Of a DNA stretch of 64,000 bases, positions 52,801-64,000 are shown one piece after another. The DNA is from Yuukianura sp. NJ FZ-2021. Taxonomy: Eukaryota. The DNA is taken from contig CM102285.1 of NCBI GenBank assembly GCA_046563655.1, positions 14,384,001-14,448,000 of the forward strand, in the 5' to 3' direction. Made by a program: the position numbers and the translations under genes. Positions within the stretch are counted from its first letter, which is position 1. Every line of letters begins with the position of its first letter. The notes beneath the pieces were generated by a model. It searched no databases and was not told the DNA's origin. It worked only from the letters and a program-made list of their open reading frames with translations.

Positions 52801-54140
52801 TATGCAGACAAAATCGCTGCTGGAGCTTTGCAGCGCGCATGTGCAGATCGGGCAACGGGAGGTGACGTGTCAGAATGTGTCAGCGGTACGGCTAGTGAAA
52901 TTGTTCAGAAAGCGATTTGTGCTGCCTGTGGTCACATATCATCCCATCCTGATGATGAAACTGCAATGCTGGAAGGTTACGCTGATCAAATCGCTGCTAG
53001 AGCTTTGCAGCGCGCTCGTACAAGTACGGACCCCCAAGTTTCGTCAGGCGACTGGACAGAATCCGTCAGTGGCAAAGCAAGTGACATTGTCCAGAAAGCG
53101 ATTTGTGCCGCTTGTGGTCGCTTGCGAGACGCTTCAAAAGCGCCACAACTTAAAAACGAAGCGGAACGTCTGGAAGGCTATGCAGATCAAGTAGCAACTG
53201 GAGCTTTGCGTCAAGCGCAAGCGGTGAACGCTGCACAGCAGAAATCTGCCAAACCACATGTCCGCATTGCATCTCAAGATTTGGTACAGAGTAGAAGAGA
53301 TTTGGAATTAAGCAGAGCAGGTCAATCAGGTAAAATTCGAAATTCAAAACTCGCGATTTTTTATAACAAGATTTTCTATTTCAAAAATCGCTGATTTTTG
53401 TAGTGAACATTCGAATTCCAAGCAGCGATTCCTTGGGTCCTTCTACTGCTCAAATCCTCGTAGCTCCACGATTGTTGCCGACACAAAGTGACATGAGACG
53501 TGACATCACTCCATCCCAATTTCAAAATATGACCTACAATGTATAAAAAAAACGAAACTTTTTTTTTAAACTCCAATTTTTAAGTCAAATTTTGATTTTT
53601 TTTTGAAAATTCAACAGTTTGATCCCTCGGCCAGCATGGTAGGGATGGTTCGTGCCGAGGGAAAATTGGATGTTCATGAAGGTCAAGCTCCCATTCGTCC
53701 TTCCCTGGCCGCGTCTCAATTCTTTCCTCAAGTTCAAGGTCAAGGTCAAAGTCAAGGTCAAGGTCAACGACCTTTTGAAGGTCAAGGGCCCAGCGGTGGC
53801 TACCATGAACATTTTCTAACTCGTACGGGCCCTGGATCTGCTCCGACAGACGCCCCAGCAGCACGTGATCCAGGCCAGCAAGACTTTGCAAACCGGGGAA
53901 ACGTTTATCCAGCAGAAGTAAGTTCAAAATTTCAAAAAATCCTAAAAATATGTTCAAAATTTTGAAAAATGTTTTTTTATTTAAAATCAAAACTTTCTCC
54001 AGGTTCACACTGAAGTTCAAGGTCATCTGCGTCGTCTTCGGAGAGAACTGGACCAGTTGTCGGAAATGCTGCGTGATGCTGGAATTCCTGTCGACAATTC
54101 ACAAGCTCCGCCTCCCCCTCCACCACAACCAAAACCTTAA
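46898..54140 (+). CDS. Fibrous sheath-interacting protein 2 (FSIP2)-like large multi-exon protein with acidic repeats and AKAP-like helical repeats
   Basis: Exons 46898-47302 and 47373-47630 give LNLDEKVPLVPAPNG...YGFDTSDP...YTALHDPHLKYFF...KRLIGMGLLTPKGEVICTLAELNKYRLYM. This matches the FSIP2 N-terminal motif as recalled (LPLGVKLPVIPG...YGFNLTDP...YKSLHDPHLK...VVCTLRELNKYRQY). Coiled-coil exons follow, then a 3.2-kb exon (~50084-53329) and three short exons to TAA 54138-54140. Confidence 0.8.
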
Positions 54141-54438
54141 CAATTTAACAAAGTGACACTAACATTTTTAAAAAAGATAATTTTTATTTTTTAACAAAAA
54201 AATATTGTTCTCGTAAAACGATGAAATAAAAATTTCTGAAACTGAATCCCGTCAACTGTACAAGTGTGTAACCACGGACCTTGAGCTTTATTACCGCATT
54301 AACTTAACAAATCCATGGCAACGCAACTGGCGTTGAACCAAAATTCGTCAAACAACCGAATTTTTTTGTTTTTGGATTTCTGAAATTTTGGTTCCTCATA
54401 TGTAGTTTGTTTTTACGTTTTTGAATTCCGTCGTCAAA

Positions 54439-55720
54439 ATGTTTGGAGTAACGTCAAGTCCACACATTTCACGGCGCGAACAAGATTCGTCGTTGAATTC
54501 TGGAAATGACGGCGAACGGTATTCAGCGTCTACTTCTAACCTGCAGTCAAACGAGGCTCGGTAAGCTCTTCTAAACTTTCAAAAATTTGAAATCTTTTGC
54601 TTTTTTCTTCAACTTTTTGAAATTTTGAAGTTCCCGAAACCATCCAGTTCTGTTTGGTCTAAATGTGTACTATGAAGAGCCAATCGGAGTTGATCCCTGG
54701 GGCGTTCGGAACTCCACTGCTGCTGCTCTGGGTATCGGCGGAATGCTGCGAACATATGCTTCTGTGTATCACTCTTTTGATGCTCGACGGTACTTCGGAG
54801 ATAAGAACTACGATCACGAGTTGGATATAAACGGAAATGGACCAATCACAAGTAAGCACTTCAAAATTTCAAAAAAAAATGTTTAAAGAATTTAAAATTT
54901 CAAAATTTTAGATTGCTTTTCGGAAACGGGAGAGACGTCGTTTGACGTGAAATTTACGGAGGACAGAATTCACGTCCCGCGTTTTATAGAGCTCAAGACT
55001 CTACGTTTAGGCGCGAAAGCCGGATTCCGCGGATTTGCGTTTCTCCAGAACCGAACTGGACTCAACATGACGTTTTTCGTAATCTAACATGAAAAATTTC
55101 AAAAAATTGTTGTTGTTTTTTTTTTTTCAAAATTTCCTAAAAATTTTAGATCAAACCGTCTTCTCCGCTGATCCATGTAAAGGAGAGCGTTGATTGGTTG
55201 CTGCCAAACGAATCTTTCAAAGTCCACTTCAAGAGCTACACTTACTGGAAAGAGATTCGGAACGAATTTATTTTGGTCTATGCCGCTCCGATCTTCTTTC
55301 CGGAACAACTCGATCTTCTGAAACTCCGACAATACTGGAAAGTATGTTCTGAAAACACAAAATTTTCAAAAAATTTCTTGTTTTTGAAAATTTTGAACAA
55401 GTTTATATTGCCAGGGACTCGGAAGTGATCTTCTTCCGCTGGAACACGTCGAGTGTCACCGAATTCATAAACTCCGCCTCTCTCCAGAACTGGAAGGCAC
55501 TTACTCCATGATGGACCACGTGACTTTTGACAGAACTTTTTCAGCATCATCGCTGGTTCAATGTCACCCTTGTTCAGTGATAGCACAGCATCCAAGTTAC
55601 AGCGATTTCTGGAACTTCAAGGACGAAGACATGGAGGTCGCTCTGGTAGGTTCGCTCGATTCCATGCCATTGCTTCGGATAGAAATGTTTCGAATTGAAT
55701 TCTTGCGAAAAGCTCATTAA
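54439..55720 (+). CDS. Uncharacterised protein with probable divergent MSP (motile sperm/PapD-like) domain
   Basis: Five exons splice in frame (GT-AG). Central FAFLQNRTGLNMTFFIKPSSPLIHVKESVDWLLPNESFKVHF...NEFILVYAAP...LRQYWK follows the MSP pattern (L-x-N-x-T..FK.K...P....V......L.P.ES..V...F.V...AP...W). Confidence 0.65.
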
Positions 55721-55746
55721 TACACTTTACGGAACATACACCTTAG

Positions 55747-56681
55747 TTAGTGAATTTGTTAGCCAAATCCTGACTTTTTCCAAAAGTCCTTCTGTAGAAA
55801 GTTAGAAGGTGTGATGCTGTTTTTAAAAATCAATATTTTGGAATTTTTTAAATTTCCATAAAAAAGGAAAATGCACTTTAGTGAATTTGTTAGCCTAATC
55901 CTGACTTTTTCCAAAAGTCCTTCTGTAGAAAGTTAGAAGGTGTGCTGCTGGTTTTAAAAATCAATATTTTGGAATTTTTTAAATTTCCATAAAAAAGGAA
56001 AATGCACTTTAGTGAATTTGTTAGCCAAATCCTGACTTTTTCCAAAAGTCCTTCTGTAGAAAGTTAGAAGGTGTGATGCTGTTTTTAAAAATCAATATTT
56101 TGGAATTTTTTAAATTTCCATAAAAAAGGAAAATGCACTTTAGTGAATTTGTTAGCCTAATCCTGACTTTTTCCAAAAGTCCTTCTGTAGAAAGTTAGAA
56201 GGTGTGATGCTGTTTTTAAAAAACAATATTTTGGAATTTTTTAAATTTCCATAAAAAAGGAAAATGCACTTTAGTGAATTTGTTAGCCTAATCCTGACTT
56301 TTTCCAAAAGTCCTTCTGTAGAAAGTTAGAAGGTGTGATGCTGTTTTTAAAAAACAATATTTTGGAATTTTTTAAATTTCCATAAAAAAGGAAAATGCAC
56401 TTTAGTGAATTTGTTAGCCTAATCCTGACTTTTTCCAAAAGTCCTTCTGTAGAAAGTTAGAAGGTGTGATGCTGTTTTAAATATCAATATTTTGGAATTT
56501 TTTAAATTTTCATAAAAAAGGAAAATGCACTTTAGTGAATTTGTTAGCCTAATCCTGACTTTTTCCAAAAGTCCTTCTGTAGAAAGTTAGAAGGTGTGAT
56601 GGTGTTTTTAAAAATCAATATTTTTGAATTTTTTAAATTTCCATAAAAAAGGAAAATACACTTTAGTGAATTTGTTAGCCT
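55747..56681. repeat. 131-bp tandem satellite, 7 near-identical units plus a partial unit
   Basis: Unit starts (ttagtgaatttgttagcc) at 55747, 55878, 56009, 56140, 56271, 56402, 56532 and 56663. Confidence 0.97.
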
Positions 56682-56851
56682 GATCGCATTCGAAACAATC
56701 TTTTCGAAACAATGGCGAGCGCCACGTTTGATCACGTGACACGGTAACTTAATTCCAATAATCGCTTGAGATTTCGTCCGCTGATTCTCAAAACTGAGTT
56801 CGTAATCGCTGATTCTGAAAACTGAGTTTATAATCGCTGATTTTCTTCCAG

Positions 56852-57382
56852 GCTTGTCACTTACGCGAAGCCAAGAGAGCACTTCGGCGTAAACTCCAGA
56901 AATCCATTGTACCCCGATCCTGGAACAGCATTTTGCTCACTGGACTTGTCATACTGCTCTTCACGGCTGTCACTGTCAACTACTGCTTCAACTTGGCTCA
57001 ACTTCCAGCCGATCAGGACTGGAAGTCCAGCCTGGAAGAAGCTCTGCTGGAGACACTGCCACATCCAATGGAAGCCATCATTCAACCAATCGAAGAGGCT
57101 CCAGCTCCTCCGCCTCCACCAATCCCTGCTCAGGATTACGTCTACACCTACTTTGTTCCTGAACCAGAAGAACGGCTGCCATTGGACCACGAAGTTGTCT
57201 ATGGCGATCCTACCGCCGATCCAGAGGATCCTCCAGAAGAACTTTGCGCTGAACCCGATCCGGTGAAACTAGGATTCGGATCCTGCAACTTCTTCTCCAG
57301 CGATTTCCCGCGCTGGAATCTCTACATCGTCGTCAACTGTTTTTGGGCTAAACTCTGGGACGCTGTTGTTGAAATGTTCTAA
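56852..57382 (+). CDS. Terminal exon encoding a basic segment, a transmembrane helix and a Pro/Glu-rich tail; 5' partner unresolved
   Basis: After acceptor ttttcttccag: ACHLREAKRALRRKLQKSIVPRSWNSILLTGLVILLFTAVTVNYCF...PAPPPPPIP...VVEMF*. Confidence 0.55.
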   Translation, partial: ACHLREAKRALRRKLQKSIVPRSWNSILLTGLVILLFTAVTVNYCFNLAQLPADQDWKSSLEEALLETLPHPMEAIIQPIEEAPAPPPPPIPAQDYVYTYFVPEPEERLPLDHEVVYGDPTADPEDPPEELCAEPDPVKLGFGSCNFFSSDFPRWNLYIVVNCFWAKLWDAVVEMF

Positions 57383-57667
57383 AAAACGGAAATTTTTTGA
57401 AAAAAAAAATGTAAGTTTCGAAAAAGTTTTCAACTCTTGTGAACTTTTTACTAAAAAATGAATACTTTTGAGGTTACGGAAAAGACGTGACGGGAGATTC
57501 GAATAAAAAAGAGACAAAATATTTAAGATCTTTTGGTAATTTTGATAGTAAAAGTGGAACGAGTTGCTCCCTGGATGACACGACTGACAATGTCACCATG
57601 TTGACTAATTGAAGCAAAAGTTATAAAAGTGATTGGAGGTCAAAGGTCAAGCTAAAGCTACTTTTGC

Positions 57668-60600
57668 CTAATCTTCCTTCTTGCTAGTTGCCCTACAGGC
57701 ATTGATTTCTTTGTCCCTCGGAGGATACACATGAAGAAGTTCTCCAGCTTCCAGCGCATAGAGTCGCAGAAATTCCAGCCTCTTCTTCAACTTCTTGCTA
57801 AAAGTATCTGTTCAAACAACAAAATCACTTTCAAATTCAAAATTCACTTTTTTTCAAAAATAGCTGTTTCAAAAAATTTCAAAAACTGACCAAAGTCTAT
57901 GGAATCCGTGGGAGTATTGGCGGGAATTCCGGATTTGAAGAACTCTGTAGCCTTGTCGTTTGGCATTTTGAAAACGCATTCCATCAAGCGAACGAATCGC
58001 TCCAGCGATATTCTTCGCTGCCCTTCAGCGTACATCTGTAAATTAATCATGTTTTCGTTTAATTACAAATAATTAAATAATTAAAGTAAATTAAATAATT
58101 CAAGTAATTATAACTAATGAAAGTAATTGAACTACCAGAAAAATAACCGGCATGATTTTGTCCAGGCGAATACAGTGATTGAACAGGCAGGCGTAGATAA
58201 AGTACTCACGAATGTCGATAGTCCCGGAGTCCTGCACAGAACAGAATCATAAAAATCACTCACTTTACACAAACTTCGACTTTGAATTTTGAAAATTTTG
58301 AACTTACCTCCTTCCCCTGGAAAAGTTTGTACAATTTTTCAACAGTTTTCGGATCCTGCGACTGGATACCCAGAGCTTCTCCGAATCCTTGTAATGTCAC
58401 CGGCCACGGAGTTTCATTCACACAGTACTGTCTAACAGCATTCAGTTCCGTGATAGAGGACAATCTAAAATCAAAATTCCAATTTTCAAAAACTCCAAAA
58501 TTCAAAATTTTGAAAAAACTTCGAAAAACAGAATCATACTTGAGTGAGTTTCTTAAAGCCGAGATCTGTTTAAGTTTTGGCAGCAACTGCTCTCTGTGCA
58601 GCCGAACCATCGCTACTCCATCTTCATACGAATAATCAGACACCGGGATTCCAATGGCTCTGAAAAACAAAAACCAAAATACAAATTAAAATTTTTTCAT
58701 TTTTCAAAATTTTTGACCAAAATCCAGGTGCCATAATCATTCTTACTCTGCCATTTCCTGCCGAACATTGAAGGCATACAAGTTGGCATCAGCGATTTCC
58801 GCTGCCGTTGGAACATGTACTGGCAGAAACTCAATTTCGCAGTAGAGTCTGAACTGACACAAACTTCTGTAAAGTACTTGGAACCAACTGAGACCATCAA
58901 AAGTCCATGTGATGCTGTCGTAGTTGTTTGGATAGCGAATCACCACTGGCTGAACTGGAACTCCAGGAAAAAATGCACCCGGTTTAAAGCTAATCAAAGA
59001 CGATCTGTTTGTACAAGTTCCTTCTGGGTAAATATAAATCTGCAAACAATCAAAAATTCAATTTTCAATTCAATTTTCTCTTTCTCTTCCAAAATTTCAT
59101 CTTTCGAGTCTGCATTTCACCTGGGACCAAGGATCTCTGCTTTGTGCCCGTTCTTTGATCAAATTCAGAGAATGATTTCGAGATTCCTTTGACTCTCTGG
59201 TCACGTAAACAGCCTGAGTCATGTTCACAAGATCTACAAACACAAAAAATTATGATTCATCTCACAACAAAAAACAGTAAACAAAAAGATCATCGTCATA
59301 TAGAATCTTACGTCCAAAAAATGGTACGCCGGCTACCTCGGATTTGGCCTAAAACCAACAAAATTTTCATTTTGAGTTTTTCACAGTGATTCATGAAATT
59401 CAAAATGCAGGATACACTTAGCATTACTGTTTAGTGTGTTTAGGTTACAATAGACTTACAACAATGCTAGGAGCACTCATTTGCGTCAGTGGAAACGCAT
59501 CAAAAAATGACGAATGTGGAGCCACTACTAGAATCGGAGCTTCGTCACGCGTTGCCTGCCGCCCCTTCTTCTTCAACCAGTAAAATCCAGCAAAGAAAAA
59601 CAGCACGCGCATCACACGATACGATATGAAATTCTTCAGAGTCCTGGAAAAACAAAAAACGAAGTTAATTTTTTATAGAGTTTTGCGTAAATCCAAACAC
59701 GTCACATTTCAAACTCGTAAACAAACTTTAGAATTAAAAAAAAGTAAAACGAAAATTCTCATCTCGCAGATTAATTTGCGTATTGACATCATCTCCGAAA
59801 GAAAAGCATGTCAGAGGTCAGTAGGTCACGTTGACTCATTCATAATAAATCAGTCCAAGTAGTCGTTAATTAAGCTGAATGAGAGAATGACAAAGAAAAC
59901 TTTAAGTTCAGCCGAACAATACATTTTTACTACTCTACTCGACAGTTTTACTAAAACATTCCACTTTGCTTGCAAAAGTAGAAACTCGCCGAACGAGTTT
60001 TCAAGAGCACACCAAAACAAATCACACCTTGATCATGAAAAATGCATCGAGGCATTCACCAAAACAGTTTTCGCAACACATTGCAAAAATCTTCTAAACT
60101 TCATCTCGTTTACCTTGTCCAAAATAAAACTTCTCAACTTCAAAAAACAAAAACTGACAAATTCCAGATTGATCTCCTACGTCAATCAAAATGAGTTTCC
60201 CTAACTGAATATTTTTGCTCACCAATACTATAACATAGTAAATTCAAAAAATTGCGCAATTTGATGAATTCAAAACTTTTTTTTTGAAAAACTTGCCTTC
60301 TCCATCCAGCTAAGGGACGTAGACGCATATCTTCTTTGGAGACAAAAGCCGTTGCTATCCAAGCCAAGACCCAGGCCACGATCAAGATCACCAGGAGAAA
60401 AGGTATTCGGGCGATTGCCAAAACAGTGCCCAACGCTACCTAAAAATTTAAAAAACAAAAGTTAGAGCACCAATTTTTTTCAAAAAAGTTTCGTACAACC
60501 AAAAACCTTGGACAAAAATGCAAGTTTTTAGTTTTACCTTAGTTTTTTGATAAAGTGAGAAGCCCGTGCGATGAAAAAATGGATTGAGGGGTGCCTTGAC

Positions 60601-62414
60601 GATTGCCTCCGATCCAGGAACTGGCAGCGGCAAGCACACTCCGCCTTCCAGTGCTCCCTCCGTCGTGGCTGGAATAATTGATGACCAAAACTCTTCAGAA
60701 AAGGCGACGTGTTCGTCCTCAGTGTTGTTTTCACTGTCTTCGTCTTCTGAATCTAGCGAATCGTCGTCATAAAGTGCTCGATCGTCAGACACATCCGAAC
60801 TGGAATCTCTTCTTGGCGGATGATTATGATGCAAACGATCCGCAAAGTGAAACTTTTCTGTCGGATCTTTGATTTCCTTCTTAGTACTTATGAAAATGTC
60901 ATGGTAGTCTTCTGGACTAAGATCAAGTGAGTCGGATATGTCTACGTGAAGTTCGTCCGGCTTGATCAAGTTGACCATAAATCCTGTCTGGAATTTGGAC
61001 AAGTTCTCCACTCCGTGTTCATAGAACTTCCAGAGCGACGTGTTTCGGAGATTCGTTTTTATGTCTGGCAGATTAGGAAGGTTCGGCAGATTCGGAAGAT
61101 TCGGCAAGTTCGGGAGATTCGGAAGGTTGAGATTGAGATTGTTTAAGTAATTGAAGCCAAGGGAGTTCAGAAGAAACAGAAGTCTGTTTTGATTGTCAAA
61201 GTCATCTTCGTCTTCATCTGACGGTGGAGTTTGGTAGTCTTCGGAACTGTCTTCGTCGTCTTCAACGTCCGAATCGGTCAGACGATGACGTCGAGTGAAC
61301 ACTTCTTCCGGATTTTCGTACAGGATCTGAAAATAGAAATCAGACTAAGGTCAAGGTATCCAGAAACTGAAAATTTCAGACATCCCAGTCTCAAAATTTC
61401 AGACATTTCAGTAACTGAAATGTCATCGTTACCATTCCTGTCGTGAGCGTGACTACCACAAATGTATCAATTTCGTGACAGTCTGACAAATATTGGAATT
61501 CCGTTGTTCTAAACAAGCAATGTATTGTCCTGCATGTCACTTCCCGTGATTTGTAATTCATCTAAAATCACTAACATTACTAAAAACTAAAAAAGCTAAA
61601 AATACATAGTGCGTGACATTTGGACTACTATGCTGACGAGTCGCGAGCTGTTGTGTCCACGTTCCACGATAACACGTCCACATGACAAGGGCATGCCATT
61701 TGGATTCAAAAGTCATGAATCATTCAACTACGACTCATTTTAAGTAAAAAACGGGTCATTTACTCACTAAAATCTTATGGCCTTCATCAAAAAGTCAAAA
61801 GTGTATCTGTATTTTCATGAAACATTTAACAAAAAATGTGTTTTAAAAACATTGTAATCTGTGTCTTGAAATCTCAAAAGTCATCGAATGTCACAGCGTG
61901 TAAAACAGTTATTAACCCGGAAGAAACGTTAGAATTTGAAGTGTCAATGAACTTTGGGTTAAAGGGCTGTCGATATTGATTGATTAGTTTCTAGGAATGA
62001 CAGTTCACTGCCAAAAAATTAGTTCCTAGAAACATATACTAATAGTAATATGTTAGCTTGTTTCTAGGAACAGAACTTGTCATTTTTGTTAATTACTTTA
62101 AAGTTAATTAACTTCGTGAGAATGACAATGTCACTTTCTCACGACACAAGGTCACTCCAGATAAACGAAACGTTTCCCGTGAGAATTGCAGGCAACAAAT
62201 AAGTTGTAATTGGATGTGAAGAAGCCGTAATTCGTTATCAAACGACGACACAAAAATGGTTTACCACAGTTGCTAAATTATTGCAAAACGGATTGCTCAA
62301 ACTTATATTAATTCGGTTTAGCTGAAATACCTTTGCTTCCTTCTCTTTGTCCAGGTTTTCAATAAAATCCTTAAAAATGCACTGAATTTGCTGGAATTTT
62401 TGATGACTTACCAT
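57668..62414 (-). CDS. LPCAT: Lysophosphatidylcholine acyltransferase (LPCAT1/2-like) with long acidic N-terminal extension
   Basis: VAPHSSFFDA (HxxxxD), QIYIYPEGTCTNRSSLISFKPGAFFPGVPVQPVVIRYPN, EIEFLPVHVP, YAFNVRQEMA, IPVSDYSYED, degenerate EF-hand region (DSGTIDIREYFI); stop TAG 57668-57670. The start exon 62331-62414 is tentative. Confidence 0.9.
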
Positions 62415-64000
62415 TTTGGAAGGCGATGTTGATGTTTTTTGATGTTGAGTTGCGATCTTCAACTGAAATTGTTGTAAGGTTTCTCACGTTTCTATGAGAA
62501 AAGAGAAAGTAAAATTAATTGATATGCCAGGTTAGGTTACTGAAGGGTTAAGTAAACTCATTGTTCACCATATGCGACTAATGACAAATACAGTTCAAGT
62601 GTAGTAAAATGTTAAAAGAATACCACATTTACGAATATTCATACGAAATCAACATTAATAACTATTCCACTACTTAAAAATGTTACTGATATTATGCTGA
62701 ATTATTCCATAATTCTATCTTATTCTGTAAAAACCCACGTAACAAAATTTACCACAAAACTTGCCAAGAAATGGACTTTTTTCTTGAGCTCGTTTCTGTG
62801 CAAAGTCAAAACCACAACTCTTTACTAAAGTAAAGAGAACAACAGACTGCCGATTCCTTAAAAATAACAGAATCTTCAAGGTTTGTACTTCTCGAATGCA
62901 TCTTCGGAAGTGAATTGTCTGTGTAGTTGGCCAAAAGTGGAAATAGGAGCCCCCGCCCCCGGGTACGATTTACTAAAACCCATTGCCATTTACCACGCAA
63001 CCACCAGCACGTAATTCTTTCCCAAAATTCCAAATATTCCAAGGCCAAGGTCAAAACCCTCTGCCATAAAAATCTAAACCCAGACAACACAAAACAACTG
63101 AAAATAGACCAAGAACTTATAAACCCAAATGATACAAATCAATTACTACTCGAAAGCAACAAAATAACATAATGCACTTATCACTCACTACTTACTAATC
63201 ATAATCAATCAGCACCAAAGGGGTTACTCAGGTTAAGGTTAATTGTCGAACGGTTGAGCAACTGTAATAAGCTTACCTTGAAATTCTCAGCGTGCGTAGT
63301 AGAAGATTAATCGCACGTACATTCCTAACAAAACGAGTTATCAGTTCAAAAGTTAGCCAACTACTGATCTCAACTTGTTCTTCATGTAATGAAACTTCTT
63401 GAATTGGCAAAAACTCAACTCCCAAGATACAAGAAGGAGCGGAAGTTTCCCCCACACTTCGCATTTGTTGTTGTTTTTGCTAAGGGGAATATTGACCACC
63501 ACCTATCCGACCTACCTCACTTCGCACTTGCGCACTTAACATAAACAGTTAAGGTAAACAGTGCTATTTAGTATTTAGTTCATACTTTACAATTAGTTGT
63601 ATTTAATTAATTTAAATATTACCTAAAGTAAAGAAATTCCGTGTATAATGTGGGAATTGTTGTTCAGGGAGGGGTATTTCAATATAACGGAGGAGCGGGA
63701 TGTGTTTTTTTCATGTAAAAATTCCAATACTGTGGGTGGCCCGCCTTCTCCGGCAGCCAATCCCCACACACGGTTTGGCTCCGTTGAATTTGCCTATCTC
63801 TGAAATTAACGGTATTCAATGTTATTTTTCAGAAGAGTTCAACGGTGAAGGTCACAACACAAGGAGAGGCAGACTTCAGACAGCGTGGTGCCCTCCAAGG
63901 CAAATGAACTAAACCGGGCACTACTTTCAGCGTTTCAACCTTTCATCAATCCATAACCAGCCGAGCACTAAATATCGTCACTGGTCAACGTAAACAACTT

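Noticed and set aside
55747..56681. CRISPR-like regular array
   Set aside because: Whole 131-bp units are repeated with no unique spacers, and the context is eukaryotic with no cas genes.
56712..57266. Alternative gene model from ATG ~56712 spliced into the 119-aa frame
   Set aside because: Splice phase fits, but the product looks less protein-like than the overlapping TM/Pro-rich frame; left unresolved.

Overview
Eukaryotic (animal, most likely arthropod/hexapod) nuclear DNA, AT-rich, with short GT-AG introns; the species cannot be determined from the sequence alone. 1-30 kb is gene-dense: eIF2B-alpha (5' part), glia maturation factor, a secreted chitin-binding (CBM14) protein with an internal frame break, a TUT1/Star-PAP-like terminal nucleotidyltransferase, a 210-aa orphan, Fused/STK36, USP14, mitochondrial release factor MTRF1L, CPSF3, thiolase ACAA2 and ZNF330/NOA36. 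30-46 kb is mostly non-coding and holds the LIM-homeobox gene apterous (Lhx2/9). 46.9-62.4 kb holds a large FSIP2-like gene, an MSP-domain-like gene, a 131-bp satellite, a transmembrane exon and an LPCAT with a long acidic N-terminus. The strongest novel signal is the FSIP2-like protein: an N-terminal FSIP2 domain, an acidic spacer, then about 13 tandem amphipathic helices of two classes resembling RII- and RI-type AKAP helices, suggesting a multivalent PKA/R2D2 scaffold for sperm or cilia. Several MITE/foldback elements, local duplications and recurrent motifs are also present. Gene models were spliced by eye and homologies were recognised from memory, not by database search.
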